From a virus, in IMG/VR virus record IMGVR_UViG_3300050190_000082, positions 64,001 to 128,000 of that record: a stretch of DNA of 64,000 nucleotides. One strand, written 5' to 3'. Positions 29,082 to 39,254 of this stretch are shown here, piece by piece (the stretch's first letter is position 1; the number at the start of each line of letters is the position of its first letter). Under the pieces are notes generated by a model, which saw only the letters and a list, made by a program, of their open reading frames with translations, had not been told where the DNA came from and ran no database searches. The position numbers were made by a program, and so were the translations under genes.

Positions 29082-30242
29082 TTATATGGTGGTCATAGTT
29101 AATCTGTCTTCAAAATCAGATGAATCGGAAAATAAGAATCCAGTTATTGTCATTGGTGATTTAGCCGTTAAACCTAGTTGAAACTGCTGGATTATATATT
29201 TCTTTGCGTAACATCCAATAGAGTCATCTGATATAATAATTGCCTTATTAACATCTAGATGAAGTAAATTTATACTACTTATTGATATATTTTCTTGTAC
29301 TCGTTTTGCTTTAATACCTTCCATTTTTGCTCTTTGATTACATAATTCATTAGAACTTATTTTTGAATCTGTAATTACTGGCATAGGTTTATCGCCTATT
29401 AATTGAACTCTAGTATTTGATGTTAAATCATCATTAATATATTCACCTGTATATGTAATTCCACTTGATGACGAATTTCCAACAACATAAACGTGATTGA
29501 AGGTTTGTGAGTATTTCAAAATTCTGCTTGAACCCATATAAGCTACTTGATCTGTAGAAAAGGTATATATCGTTTCAACTACACTGGCATCGCTAAATTC
29601 TTTAAATACAAAATGTCCTGTTGTGTCATAATATACTTCTCTGCTATAAAGATTAGCTAGACTTTTTAATACATCTCCATAAGTAGAACTTTCTGCCCAA
29701 CGAAGGTCAAAGGGAGGGGCATCAGGTAAATCTTGTAATATGGGAGCTTTCTTATCTCCAACTAATTCTAATATGCTTCTTATAGCATTAACAACGGAAG
29801 AGCCAGAGGGGATAATATATATATGTCCTATTGGAATATCAAGTAGACTCCACTTATCTTGACAGTTTAAAGTAACCTTTTTCTCACTAAAATTACTAGT
29901 AATAGAAGGATCTGAATTAAAAACACAGAAGATACCTTGTGGAAACCAAACTTCATTATCTTGACCGTCTTTATATCCTAAATATAATTGGAATTTAAAT
30001 CCTATCCATAGCGAATCTATCGAGGGCAAAAAATCTTTATTACTATTATCTAATATTAAAGATAAACTTCTTCTAACCCCATTTGTAATATCACAAGTTA
30101 GAGAAGATGAATCTAGGGGAAGTTTAATTATTGATGATTGAGCAGATTCGTCATTTCTCAGAAACTCTAAACGACATAATGGGAAAAGTATTCTTGAGTT
30201 TAAGCACTGAATATATTGCTCAAATGACATTTGATTTGCCAA
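29082..30242 (-). CDS. baseplate hub/minor tail protein (DUF5048-like)
   Basis: RRSLSL...WFPQGIF...L.CQDKWSLL...YYDTTG.F.F...FNHVYVVG pattern; position. Confidence 0.6.
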   Translation of the reverse strand: MANQMSFEQYIQCLNSRILFPLCRLEFLRNDESAQSSIIKLPLDSSSLTCDITNGVRRSLSLILDNSNKDFLPSIDSLWIGFKFQLYLGYKDGQDNEVWFPQGIFCVFNSDPSITSNFSEKKVTLNCQDKWSLLDIPIGHIYIIPSGSSVVNAIRSILELVGDKKAPILQDLPDAPPFDLRWAESSTYGDVLKSLANLYSREVYYDTTGHFVFKEFSDASVVETIYTFSTDQVAYMGSSRILKYSQTFNHVYVVGNSSSSGITYTGEYINDDLTSNTRVQLIGDKPMPVITDSKISSNELCNQRAKMEGIKAKRVQENISISSINLLHLDVNKAIIISDDSIGCYAKKYIIQQFQLGLTAKSPMTITGFLFSDSSDFEDRLTMTTI

Positions 30243-30274
30243 ATTATATCACCTTCTTGCTATCATATCTTTTA

Positions 30275-31204
30275 TTATACGTCTCCTACTTCATTCCAAG
30301 GTATTGTTACATCTACAAGAGATTGTGCATTATCGCCTACCGCAATTACATCATTTAATTTATAATCAAATGTATTTGCAGTAGATTCAGTAATCACCTT
30401 AATCAATTGCCCTGTTTTGCTCTTTAGGTACTTATATTTTTTATCATGCAAAAATGTACCTAAACTTTCTAAGTAATCGCTCCACCGAATTTTTGCATCA
30501 AAATCCAACAAACCATTAGAATCGAAGGGAATTAACTTTGAAGTTATCGCACCAGACCTAAAATTTCTATTACTTACAACGAATGTATCAAATTTTGTAT
30601 AATTCTGAAGCATTGTAGTATTTGAGTTAATCGTTACTTTATCGCTCGTTGTATCAATATCAAATTTATACACCTCAACATTAGAATTAATATCAACATC
30701 CATACTATCTGCGTCCTGAGAAATTATAAAATATCCATAGAATGATGTCTTCTGAATGTCCGTAATTATGGGTTCACTTATCTGAGTAGCAGAATTAGCA
30801 AATAATAAATATTCATAGGATTGATTCCCTTCACATTTATAATCAATCCAACTCGTTATATCAGGATTTACTGTCGTAACTAAAGTTAATATATCACCCT
30901 CATATATTCTTCTATATAGTGACCAACTTACAGGGCTATCTACCAGTCCGAATATATTACTTCCATCTAAAGTATTATTAAAACTTGCTAGAAATTTTAC
31001 ATCAGGAGTCCATGATGGTAATGTACTTATGCTTGTAGTTAAAACTTGTGAATCTGTTTTTACATAGTTTTGTATTGCTATTGAATCTAATGTACAGTTA
31101 CCATTAAAGGTAAAACCAGTATGTACTTCATTATGCAAAGACACATCAGTTATAATTGTCTGGATTCCCGAAGAATCCATTAAAAATCCATTATTAGTTG
31201 ACAT
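30275..31204 (-). CDS. baseplate/distal tail protein
   Basis: position; C-terminal YLKSKTGQ...VTIPWNEVG. Confidence 0.5.
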   Translation of the reverse strand: MSTNNGFLMDSSGIQTIITDVSLHNEVHTGFTFNGNCTLDSIAIQNYVKTDSQVLTTSISTLPSWTPDVKFLASFNNTLDGSNIFGLVDSPVSWSLYRRIYEGDILTLVTTVNPDITSWIDYKCEGNQSYEYLLFANSATQISEPIITDIQKTSFYGYFIISQDADSMDVDINSNVEVYKFDIDTTSDKVTINSNTTMLQNYTKFDTFVVSNRNFRSGAITSKLIPFDSNGLLDFDAKIRWSDYLESLGTFLHDKKYKYLKSKTGQLIKVITESTANTFDYKLNDVIAVGDNAQSLVDVTIPWNEVGDV

Positions 31205-31239
31205 AATTTATCACCATCCAAAAGCTACATATTGGTATT

Positions 31240-31728
31240 CTAACCATAGTAACTTATTCCAACTTGCAAGATTGTTGCTGTTACTGTAATTCCGAAAGTA
31301 TTCTCATTAGTGTTTTGCACTACAGTCCTAACAGTCGTTGAGTTAAGTCTAGAATAACTTAGTAGCCGTACTGATTGAACGTAGTTAGGTGTCTTCAATC
31401 TAACACAAATATGATCATCATCATACACCTTAAAAGGAGATGGCATAGTAATATCAATGGTACGAGTCTCAAAGGGATTTAACGTTGGTGTAACATGACT
31501 TTCTACAAGAGTGTTATACCCATATTTCTTAGTTACGCTTTGTGCGTCATGGACTATGGAACTTTCATTAAGTTTTGTCGTTGTTGTGAGCATAGAATTG
31601 GAAGCACTTGCAATAGCATCAGAAGCATTTGCATTAGCTATTACTGCTCCTACTATATCTCCAAAGCTATCTGTGCTTGCAGAACTACCTGTATCTGGTA
31701 TCTGTATTCCATTTGCCGTAGTTTTCAT
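31240..31728 (-). CDS. minor tail/fibre-like protein
   Basis: N-terminal MKTTANGIQIP anchor-like motif; AGGAGG RBS. Confidence 0.45.
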   Translation of the reverse strand: MKTTANGIQIPDTGSSASTDSFGDIVGAVIANANASDAIASASNSMLTTTTKLNESSIVHDAQSVTKKYGYNTLVESHVTPTLNPFETRTIDITMPSPFKVYDDDHICVRLKTPNYVQSVRLLSYSRLNSTTVRTVVQNTNENTFGITVTATILQVGISYYG

Positions 31729-31759
31729 AAATGATACCCCTCCTTTATTAATATGTTAT

Positions 31760-32458
31760 CTAATTATTTGTTTGTACCATAAAAGCAACAGGATAAGTAA
31801 ACATGTCAGAGACTTTTAAATCAACTATATTTTTAACTTTATTGTATACGTTATATTGTCTAATTATTGCTCGATCAGGAAGACAAATTATATAGAATGG
31901 ATTTTCTGTAATTTTAATCAATTCGCTGTAATTTGTTATCCCATTTATTATTGTGTAGAATTTTTGTTGACTAAGATTATATCCAATCTGATATTTGCTA
32001 TCATTAGTTGTCCATATAATTCCATCAAATGTTTTAGGTATTTTAATCATAAATGAAAATGTAGAATTTGAAGGAATAATTGATGTAGAATAATTTAAAG
32101 TTGTACCTACATTTAATGATAATGCAGTATTACCATAATTAATAAAATTATCAACATAATTAAATCCACCAGATATAACTCCTGGATTTGTACATATATT
32201 TGCCCAATCTATTTGAACTGCCGACTTATCTAATATTTCAGTAAGAATAGGTTTATTTAAAACTTTTAAAGTTGGATATGATACATTGAATGTTTTTTGT
32301 TGAGATAAAATTAATCCTAATCCACCATTAGGATTTTGACTTTCTATTTCTAAATCAATCATATAAGTATTTGTATTATTGAATCCGTCCATAAAGTAGG
32401 TTAAGTAGGAAGAATAGACATCTCCAGAACTGGAAATCAATGTTTGAGTTGTTTGCAT
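31760..32458 (-). CDS. baseplate protein (beta-rich)
   Basis: ORF track; position in the baseplate block. Confidence 0.5.
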   Translation of the reverse strand: MQTTQTLISSSGDVYSSYLTYFMDGFNNTNTYMIDLEIESQNPNGGLGLILSQQKTFNVSYPTLKVLNKPILTEILDKSAVQIDWANICTNPGVISGGFNYVDNFINYGNTALSLNVGTTLNYSTSIIPSNSTFSFMIKIPKTFDGIIWTTNDSKYQIGYNLSQQKFYTIINGITNYSELIKITENPFYIICLPDRAIIRQYNVYNKVKNIVDLKVSDMFTYPVAFMVQTNN

Positions 32459-32471
32459 TTTATATTTCCCC

Positions 32472-33221
32472 CTACTTATAAACTCTATATTCTATAGTTT
32501 CTCCAGTTGCTAAAGACCAACCGTTCAATACAATTGTATTTGCATCAGCATCAATGGTATAATTATCACCTAATTTTATTAGACTTCCAAGATCATAAAC
32601 GTCTATAGCAATTTTTGTAATATCTATTTGACTAAGTATTGATGAGGCAATTGGAATTACAGATGTATTATCTACTGTTGCGGTAAAAATTTGAATAGCT
32701 TTTAAAATGCTATTAGTTCTATCTAAATTTCTTACATGTTCTCCCACACTAACCCATACAAAACCAGATGAGTCTGTTCTGGTGTCAACAAGTTCAGAGT
32801 CTTTACCAGTTCCATTACTTGTTACAATATTCGCTACTTGTGACTGAGCATTAGTAGCAGTGGTTAAAGCATTATCCGCTACGACTACTGCATTATCTGC
32901 TGTAGTCATAGCTAAATTAGCAGTGGTAACAGCACTGTCTGCTGTAGTCATAGTCCCATCTGCTGTATCTTTCGCTAAATTAGCAGTGGTTAGAGCTTGC
33001 GCAATATTACTAATTGCTGTATTTGCAGTATCTATTGCTCCATTCACTGATGTAGTTATTGCTAGTAAGTCACTTTGGTTAGGTACGTCGATATTTGAAT
33101 TTACTGTGCCAATGACGATCCTGCCTTCGTCTTCTACGATTGCTATCTGCCCATCTGATAAAATGGGTAAATTTGCACGCAAACCCCTACTATGTTTCAT
33201 CATATCTACTTGGGTAGCCAT
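32472..33221 (-). CDS. upper-baseplate/fibre protein with Mtd/hyaluronidase-type N-terminal domain and heptad repeats
   Basis: RGLRANLPILSDGQIAIVEDEGRIVIG; TTANLA/TTADNA heptads; SELVDTR. Confidence 0.55.
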   Translation of the reverse strand: MATQVDMMKHSRGLRANLPILSDGQIAIVEDEGRIVIGTVNSNIDVPNQSDLLAITTSVNGAIDTANTAISNIAQALTTANLAKDTADGTMTTADSAVTTANLAMTTADNAVVVADNALTTATNAQSQVANIVTSNGTGKDSELVDTRTDSSGFVWVSVGEHVRNLDRTNSILKAIQIFTATVDNTSVIPIASSILSQIDITKIAIDVYDLGSLIKLGDNYTIDADANTIVLNGWSLATGETIEYRVYK

Positions 33222-33241
33222 CTATATAACCTCCTTTATAA

Positions 33242-34567
33242 TTAAAATGTTCCTTCATCTACACTTATCCCACTGAATACTGAACCAAATGTACCTTCAT
33301 CAATAACAGAACCATTAACAGATTGACCAAAATACCCCTCGGTTATCTGGTAATTTATAGCATATAAACTATAATTATATTTCTTTATTGGTATATTTTC
33401 TGCTTGACTATAAGTAGAAGTAAATGTGAACGATTTGTTTGTAATTGTAGTTGGTGCATTTAATACTGAAGTAGGAGTTGACATCGAAGTGAAGATCATT
33501 TCGCCTGAAGAAACGTTTTCGCCATTATTATTATTGTTCCAAAGAGTAAGTTGCCATTTAATTGCTCCTTTTTGTGTAATAGTATTTGCAGGGAGTGTAA
33601 AACTAAATAATTGTTTGTCATAAAGCATTGTTGGTAATGCAGTTTTATTTGATGTTTTTAAACTATCAAAATAACAAAAAGAATTACTAGATTGAGAACT
33701 TTTGCTTCCAGTTAAAGTAATTTTAATTGTATGATTTGAAAGTGCTAGATTTGTATTTGTAAATGCTAACACATTCAAGTCATAAGTTGGGGAATACAAA
33801 TCAATTATTCCTTGGTCTATACCATCAATAGAAATTTGAATTGTTCCACTATCAGGTGTTTTATCCATATAAATATCTATTCCATTAGCTAAGAATGTAT
33901 ATTGTAAATAAGAACCCCCATTGCTACAATTCTTTGAACCATTTGTATTCAAAACTTGAAGATAATCGAGGTCAATTCTAGAATCAGCAGAAGAACTATT
34001 TTTAGTACCTAATACTAGAAATTTTATAGTATGACTTCCATATGCTAAATTTGTAATAGAATAGGCTAAAGTTCTAAAATTATTGCCATTTATTGATGTT
34101 CCAGCGATATAAGTATCTATTGTGCCTTCACTTAATCCATCTATAAATACCTCAAAGATTCCTTTATCTATGCCAAATGTAAAATATGTATTTATACCAG
34201 TTCCTAAAAATGTGTATTGAGCATAATCATTTGCTAAATTAGAATGGTGATCCGTACCGTTGTAGTAATGAGGATCACTATTCTGAAGCCATCCATTACC
34301 ATAGTATTGAATTAATGGATTTGTATCATCTATAGTTTGATTTGTTGCTGTTGTCCATGTTCCAGAATATGTAATACCAGAGTTTGAATTGGGAATAGTT
34401 ACAGAGGAACCTGAGTCATAAAGAATTTGGTTGTCAAGAGATTTTACAGTTACCTGAAAACTGTCAATTTGCAAGCCGTTCACGATTGCTGACATTACTA
34501 AATCATTTTTTAAATCACAACAGACGTTGTAGGGACTCATTCCACTTGGCTGATATATGGTTTGCAA
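33242..34567 (-). CDS. baseplate protein with tandem carbohydrate-binding-like domains
   Basis: two YTF.GTGI....D.G.F.V.IDG...G.ID.Y....L....HTIK modules; first gene after the tape measure. Confidence 0.6.
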   Translation of the reverse strand: MQTIYQPSGMSPYNVCCDLKNDLVMSAIVNGLQIDSFQVTVKSLDNQILYDSGSSVTIPNSNSGITYSGTWTTATNQTIDDTNPLIQYYGNGWLQNSDPHYYNGTDHHSNLANDYAQYTFLGTGINTYFTFGIDKGIFEVFIDGLSEGTIDTYIAGTSINGNNFRTLAYSITNLAYGSHTIKFLVLGTKNSSSADSRIDLDYLQVLNTNGSKNCSNGGSYLQYTFLANGIDIYMDKTPDSGTIQISIDGIDQGIIDLYSPTYDLNVLAFTNTNLALSNHTIKITLTGSKSSQSSNSFCYFDSLKTSNKTALPTMLYDKQLFSFTLPANTITQKGAIKWQLTLWNNNNNGENVSSGEMIFTSMSTPTSVLNAPTTITNKSFTFTSTYSQAENIPIKKYNYSLYAINYQITEGYFGQSVNGSVIDEGTFGSVFSGISVDEGTF

Positions 34568-34642
34568 TTTTAATTCACCACCTTAAAATAGAGATGGGTA
34601 ATACTATCATAAAGATAAATCACCCATCTATTACTTATATTT

Positions 34643-37600
34643 CTATGCTGTTGTATCTGACAACTGTATAAGGGAATTAATAAATCCTTCTGAATCAGAT
34701 ACATTCGGTAATTCAACGTGTTCTACAATTATATTTGTAATTGGGGCTTGACTTCCTTGATTTTGAACATTGATTTTAAAATCAGGTAAATTAAGTTTAG
34801 GTAAAATATTCTTTAAAAAATTATTTGGATTAAACTTACCCCAATCCATAAGATTTTTAGTAAGACTATTTTTAATTACCCCTGCTCCTTGAGGAAGTGT
34901 TACAATTTCTCCACCATTTTCATTAATTTTGTAATCACCAGTTTTAGGTACAAAGTCTGTTCCGTCTTGATAACCTACATAATTACCATCATATAATCCA
35001 GGTATGTTGCTTAAACTCCCATATCTGGCTTTTATATATTGTATTGCACTACTTGCATTATCAATAGGATTAAGAATATCACCTAAATTACTCATCTTAT
35101 ATTGATCAAAAGTGGAAGGTAACATTTGCATCAATCCAGTTGCATGTTGTCCCATAACTGATGTAGGATTTTGAATAGTTGGATTACCGCCACTTTCTCT
35201 ACTTACTAATTGTGTAAGTCCAGACAACCAATCAGTTCCAACACCCGCATTAGCCATTGCTTTTTTAAGCCAATCAGTTACATTCCCACCCATAGCATCT
35301 CCTGCTGAACCAAAAGCACCAGCCCCAGAAGCAGCCATATCTGTAAATTGACTCTGAATAAATGAATTGATATCCTGACTAGATATGCCATTTGATAATC
35401 CTTGCATTAAGAATTCACCTATTTTATGCATTACAGTTGAAGGCGAATGAATGCCAAAGGATGTATGGAATTGTGCAACAACTTTGTCAGTAAGAGTTTT
35501 TACAATGTCTGTAATGTTTTTAGTAGAATCAGTGACACCTTTTCCTAATTCATCAATCATTCCAGTACCAGAATTATAAGAATCCATTACAAATGCATTA
35601 ATACCTGTTTTTACTTTATCAATCAAGACAGTTACAGGAGTAATTAATAAAGCATTATTTGCAATGACAGAATCACCCATATTTTTATCCATACCTTTTC
35701 CATATTGAGGTGACATATCTACAAAATGTTGTAAAGAATTTGATATATCTTGTACTAATGTATTGAGTGGTTTTTGAACTAATATATCATTATTAGTGAT
35801 TGATTTACCTATATTATTGTTGAGATCATGGGCATATTTAGGAGAAGAATCAATGAATTTTTGGATATTATCATTAATATCAGACAATAAAACATCTAAT
35901 GGCCTTTTCACTAAATCATCATTTGCTGTAACTGATTGACCTACAGTATTTAATGAAGCTTTTGTATCACCATTTAATATTCTACTGGTGTCATTGGCAT
36001 TTATGACTTGTTCTCCACCTTGGAAATTAGCTTTATTACCAGCAATTATTTCTATGCCATTTTCATTGATGTTTTTGACTCCTGCTTCTGCATTATCTGT
36101 TCCAGTTGCATAACCTTTTACAGAAGCACTTGCTGCCTTTTCCCTTGCTGCTTGTTTATCTTGTTCGGTTTTTATAGAAGCATTGAGAGAGGCAATTTTA
36201 TCAGTATTTGCATTATCAGATTTGAATTTAGCAGATGCAGTTTGAGTTGTACTTACAGCATCTCTTGCAGTTTGTACTGCTGTTTGATCTGCTTCCCATT
36301 GCCATTTTCCATCCTGATAAACACGGACATTTTTCTCATTCTGAGCATTTGTCAAGTCATTTTGTTGTTTAATTAAATCATTTTGATATTGTAATTGTTG
36401 AGTTGTTCTAGTTTCAGTTTCAGTTTTTTTATTGATTGCATCAATTTGTGCTTGATATCCTGCTATAATTAAATCAGAAGCATTTTTTTGAGTTTGTGCT
36501 ATTAATGCTATAGCATCTGTGGAAGCTTTTGAAGCATCTGCTGTTATTGCTGATGTTCTAGCTTGTGCAATTGATTCTGCTGTTGCTCCTGCTTTATTTA
36601 CTGCATCAAGATTAGCATTAGCAACACTTAAAGCATCAAGAGCAGATTCTTTTTGTACTACAGTTTTAGCATCATTAACTCTTTTTGTTGCTACTGCTAC
36701 TTTTTCTTCTGCTCTTGCTACTGCATCAGCTTGTTTTTGTGCGTCAGATGCTGCTTTTTTATCGGCTGCTGCTTTTGCTTTGTCTGCCTTAGCTTGAGCT
36801 GCTGATGCTGCCTTTGCTGCCTTTGTATCTGCTGCGCTTGGAGGTTCAAAACTTCCACCAGCAGGAGCACCCTTTTCCATATCTGCAACACTCATATTAG
36901 CAATTGTTTTATACGCTTCATTTGTTAGAGTTACTGTATCTAGTTGCTTACTCGCAAGAGCTAATTGAGTTGTTGCGTCAGATATTGTGCCAGAATTACG
37001 CAGATAATTGTGTTCAGCTTGAGCTTGTTGGGCATCTGTCAAATTGCCAGAATCAATTGACGCAGCATAAGCTGAATTTTTAGCCTCAAGTGCTTTTATT
37101 TCTGCTCCAATTGCCTTAATTCTTTCTGTTGTTTGATCTACTACGTTTTGAGTTTCTATTTGCTGTGCCTTAGCAGTTGCTTTCAAAGAATTAAGTTCTA
37201 CAACTGCAAGTGCTTCTTGCGCAGTAAGATTTGCACCCAGAGCTTTAATATTTATACCAACTGCACCAGTCTTTTGATTTAAAACTTGAATGTATTGAGG
37301 ATATTTGTCAATCATATTCTGATTGACTGTCTTTTCATTCTCAGTTAGTGCAATACCTTGTGTTAATTTATCATGGACAGATTGATAACTCTTTACTAAT
37401 TGTTGTTGGGAACCAATTTCTTGGACTGTTGTTGCTGTTTTTGTAATAGTTGCTTGGACTGAAGCGTAATCAAGTGTTGTTGCTAATTTGGTCTCTGCAT
37501 CTGCTTGCTTTTGAGCATCGGCTACTCCTGCAATTTGATTTTTTAATTTATCTAATGCTTCTGTTTTAGAATTCAAATTAAATTGTTCCATAGGTAGAAG

Positions 37601-38320
37601 TGACCTTTTAGCGGAAGTATCTTGTATACTTTTAATGTCTGTTTCTAGTTGTTTGATTTGCTTTTGGGCTTCAGTATAATTAACAGCATCTTTCATTTTT
37701 TGTAATGCTGTAGTCACATCATCTATTTTTTTAGGATCTAATGTATCTTCAAAAGTTTTAACAGCAGTAGTAAAGTCTACTTGAGATTTCTTTGTGGCAT
37801 CTAATTGTTCTTGAACCTTTGCTTGCTGATTAGCATAACCAACAAGTCCTGCGGTTATTGCTACAACTGCTGAAAGGGCTAAAATAATTGGGTTAGCCAT
37901 TAAAAAATCTAATGCTACAGAAAGTGCTTCTGTAGCAGTTGCCGCAATTCCTTCCGCTAGGATAAATTCACCTAAAGACGTAATAGCTCCTGCAATCGCT
38001 TGCCCTTTAAATATTGTTAATGCAGCAACTACTAAATATATTGCAGTACCCATTCCCCCAAAAGTTGAGGTTACATGTCCGATTGTGCTTACTAAATTGG
38101 TAAGTTGGGTTACAGCCCCATTGACAGTATCAGAGGATATAAGAGACAACCAAAGCTGTTGCATTGTATTGGTTAAATCTGCCAATTTTGCTTGGGTCGA
38201 TTTACCATACTCACCAAAACGTGCCATTGCATTACCCGCACTGGATGCCTCGGTTGTTTGTTGTTGTAAAGCCATATCCATATTTTGCATGAGAGCGAGG
38301 AATTGGTCATGCTGACGGGT
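34643..38320 (-). CDS. tail tape measure protein, exon 3 (includes C-terminal SLT lytic transglycosylase domain)
   Basis: RESGGNP...ATGLMQMLPSTF...AIQYIKARYG; begins TRQHDQFLALM after the intron omega-G at 38321. Confidence 0.9.
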   Translation of the reverse strand, partial: TRQHDQFLALMQNMDMALQQQTTEASSAGNAMARFGEYGKSTQAKLADLTNTMQQLWLSLISSDTVNGAVTQLTNLVSTIGHVTSTFGGMGTAIYLVVAALTIFKGQAIAGAITSLGEFILAEGIAATATEALSVALDFLMANPIILALSAVVAITAGLVGYANQQAKVQEQLDATKKSQVDFTTAVKTFEDTLDPKKIDDVTTALQKMKDAVNYTEAQKQIKQLETDIKSIQDTSAKRSLLPMEQFNLNSKTEALDKLKNQIAGVADAQKQADAETKLATTLDYASVQATITKTATTVQEIGSQQQLVKSYQSVHDKLTQGIALTENEKTVNQNMIDKYPQYIQVLNQKTGAVGINIKALGANLTAQEALAVVELNSLKATAKAQQIETQNVVDQTTERIKAIGAEIKALEAKNSAYAASIDSGNLTDAQQAQAEHNYLRNSGTISDATTQLALASKQLDTVTLTNEAYKTIANMSVADMEKGAPAGGSFEPPSAADTKAAKAASAAQAKADKAKAAADKKAASDAQKQADAVARAEEKVAVATKRVNDAKTVVQKESALDALSVANANLDAVNKAGATAESIAQARTSAITADASKASTDAIALIAQTQKNASDLIIAGYQAQIDAINKKTETETRTTQQLQYQNDLIKQQNDLTNAQNEKNVRVYQDGKWQWEADQTAVQTARDAVSTTQTASAKFKSDNANTDKIASLNASIKTEQDKQAAREKAASASVKGYATGTDNAEAGVKNINENGIEIIAGNKANFQGGEQVINANDTSRILNGDTKASLNTVGQSVTANDDLVKRPLDVLLSDINDNIQKFIDSSPKYAHDLNNNIGKSITNNDILVQKPLNTLVQDISNSLQHFVDMSPQYGKGMDKNMGDSVIANNALLITPVTVLIDKVKTGINAFVMDSYNSGTGMIDELGKGVTDSTKNITDIVKTLTDKVVAQFHTSFGIHSPSTVMHKIGEFLMQGLSNGISSQDINSFIQSQFTDMAASGAGAFGSAGDAMGGNVTDWLKKAMANAGVGTDWLSGLTQLVSRESGGNPTIQNPTSVMGQHATGLMQMLPSTFDQYKMSNLGDILNPIDNASSAIQYIKARYGSLSNIPGLYDGNYVGYQDGTDFVPKTGDYKINENGGEIVTLPQGAGVIKNSLTKNLMDWGKFNPNNFLKNILPKLNLPDFKINVQNQGSQAPITNIIVEHVELPNVSDSEGFINSLIQLSDTTA

Positions 38321-38699
38321 CATTCTGTTACTTTCACCTAAAAAGGCTACTGACTATTCAATTAAGAATAGCGGAAATGGTTCTTCTTAATTAAAATAAA
38401 ATTTATTTTAATAGAGTGTCTTTACACTCGACCATTTCTCTCTATAATTTCTATAGATGTTCAGACTATATCTTATGGATTATTTGTTAAGTTAAACAAA
38501 TAATATCCATCTCTCCACTTAGTCGTTGAACCTTCAACTTATTTCTAAGTTGCTTGGATGCTGATTTCCCAATCTAGTTAATTTTCAAACATTCACGCTT
38601 GTTGTCACCAACTACGTTGTAGTTTAACTAGCTCTAAGGGATTCCCAGCAATTCGAAGAGTTCTATATATGTATTACTACATACTCAGGCACACATTTT
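38321..38699 (-). ncRNA. group I self-splicing intron B (379 nt, no ORF) in the tape measure gene
   Basis: P AAUUGCUGGGAA (38642-53), Q AAUCAGCAUCC (38556-66), R UUCAACGACUA (38520-30), S AAGAUAUAGUC (38464-74); P1 CAGGU^...GCCUG with U.G wobble; terminal G; splicing gives AVAG|TRQ in frame. Confidence 0.92.
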
Positions 38700-38925
38700 A
38701 CCTGCTACCGCCGTTGCAATTCCTGCTTGCTGAACTTGATTATAATCATTCCAATGTGAACTTATTGTCTTCAAAACATCATCAAAGCTTTTAAATTCAC
38801 CACTTGAACTGCGGATTGTTACACCCACTGAATTTAATACTTTTTCAACATTATTTAATGGTTCCCCATTAAGATCATTCATTACTCCAGCTTTTACATT
38901 TTCGTATCGGCTAAATATGGAATTG
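38700..38925 (-). CDS. tail tape measure protein, exon 2
   Basis: NSIFSRYENVKAG...VEKVLNSVGVTIRSSSGEFKSFDDVL...IATAVAG, typical tape-measure core. Confidence 0.9.
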
Positions 38926-39254
38926 CAAATCTGTTACTTTCGCTTATTCATAAAAATAAGTTACTGACTATTCAAATAAATGAATAGCGGAAATGGTTCT
39001 TCTTTAGGTAATTATTTCATACCGACCATTTCTCTCTCCCTTATTATGTGGAATATAGGAGACGTTCAGACTGTCGCATATGGATAAATATATTTATTTA
39101 TCCATTTCTCTCGTTCAGTCGTTCACAGTGATATCAACTATTATTTAATGTAATTGATGTCTTCTGCCCTGTCACCCAACCACTGGGCTTCCAAGTCGAT
39201 TAGAGAGAATTTTCTTAGCAGTTTATGTATTATGCCACTAAGCCCCCAACATTA
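38926..39254 (-). ncRNA. group I self-splicing intron A (329 nt, no ORF) in the tape measure gene
   Basis: P1 UCCCU^uaauguu-GGGGG; P7 GACUG/CAGUC (39116-20/39069-73); P3 UCUCUC/GAGAGA; P8 UGGAU/AUCCA; ends ...AUUUG; splicing gives GTSL-NSIFSR in frame. Confidence 0.9.

Noticed and set aside
21732-38315. Plus-strand ORFs such as 21732, 22965, 31511, 32860, 36008, 36519 and 38085 (also 62588)
   Set aside because: Antisense shadows of long minus-strand structural genes, with no RBS and no recognisable motifs.
38685-38882. 65-aa ORF as an independent gene, and the 737-aa and 1226-aa ORFs as separate tape-measure genes or a pseudogene
   Set aside because: They are exons separated by group I introns; the predicted splicing restores a single reading frame.
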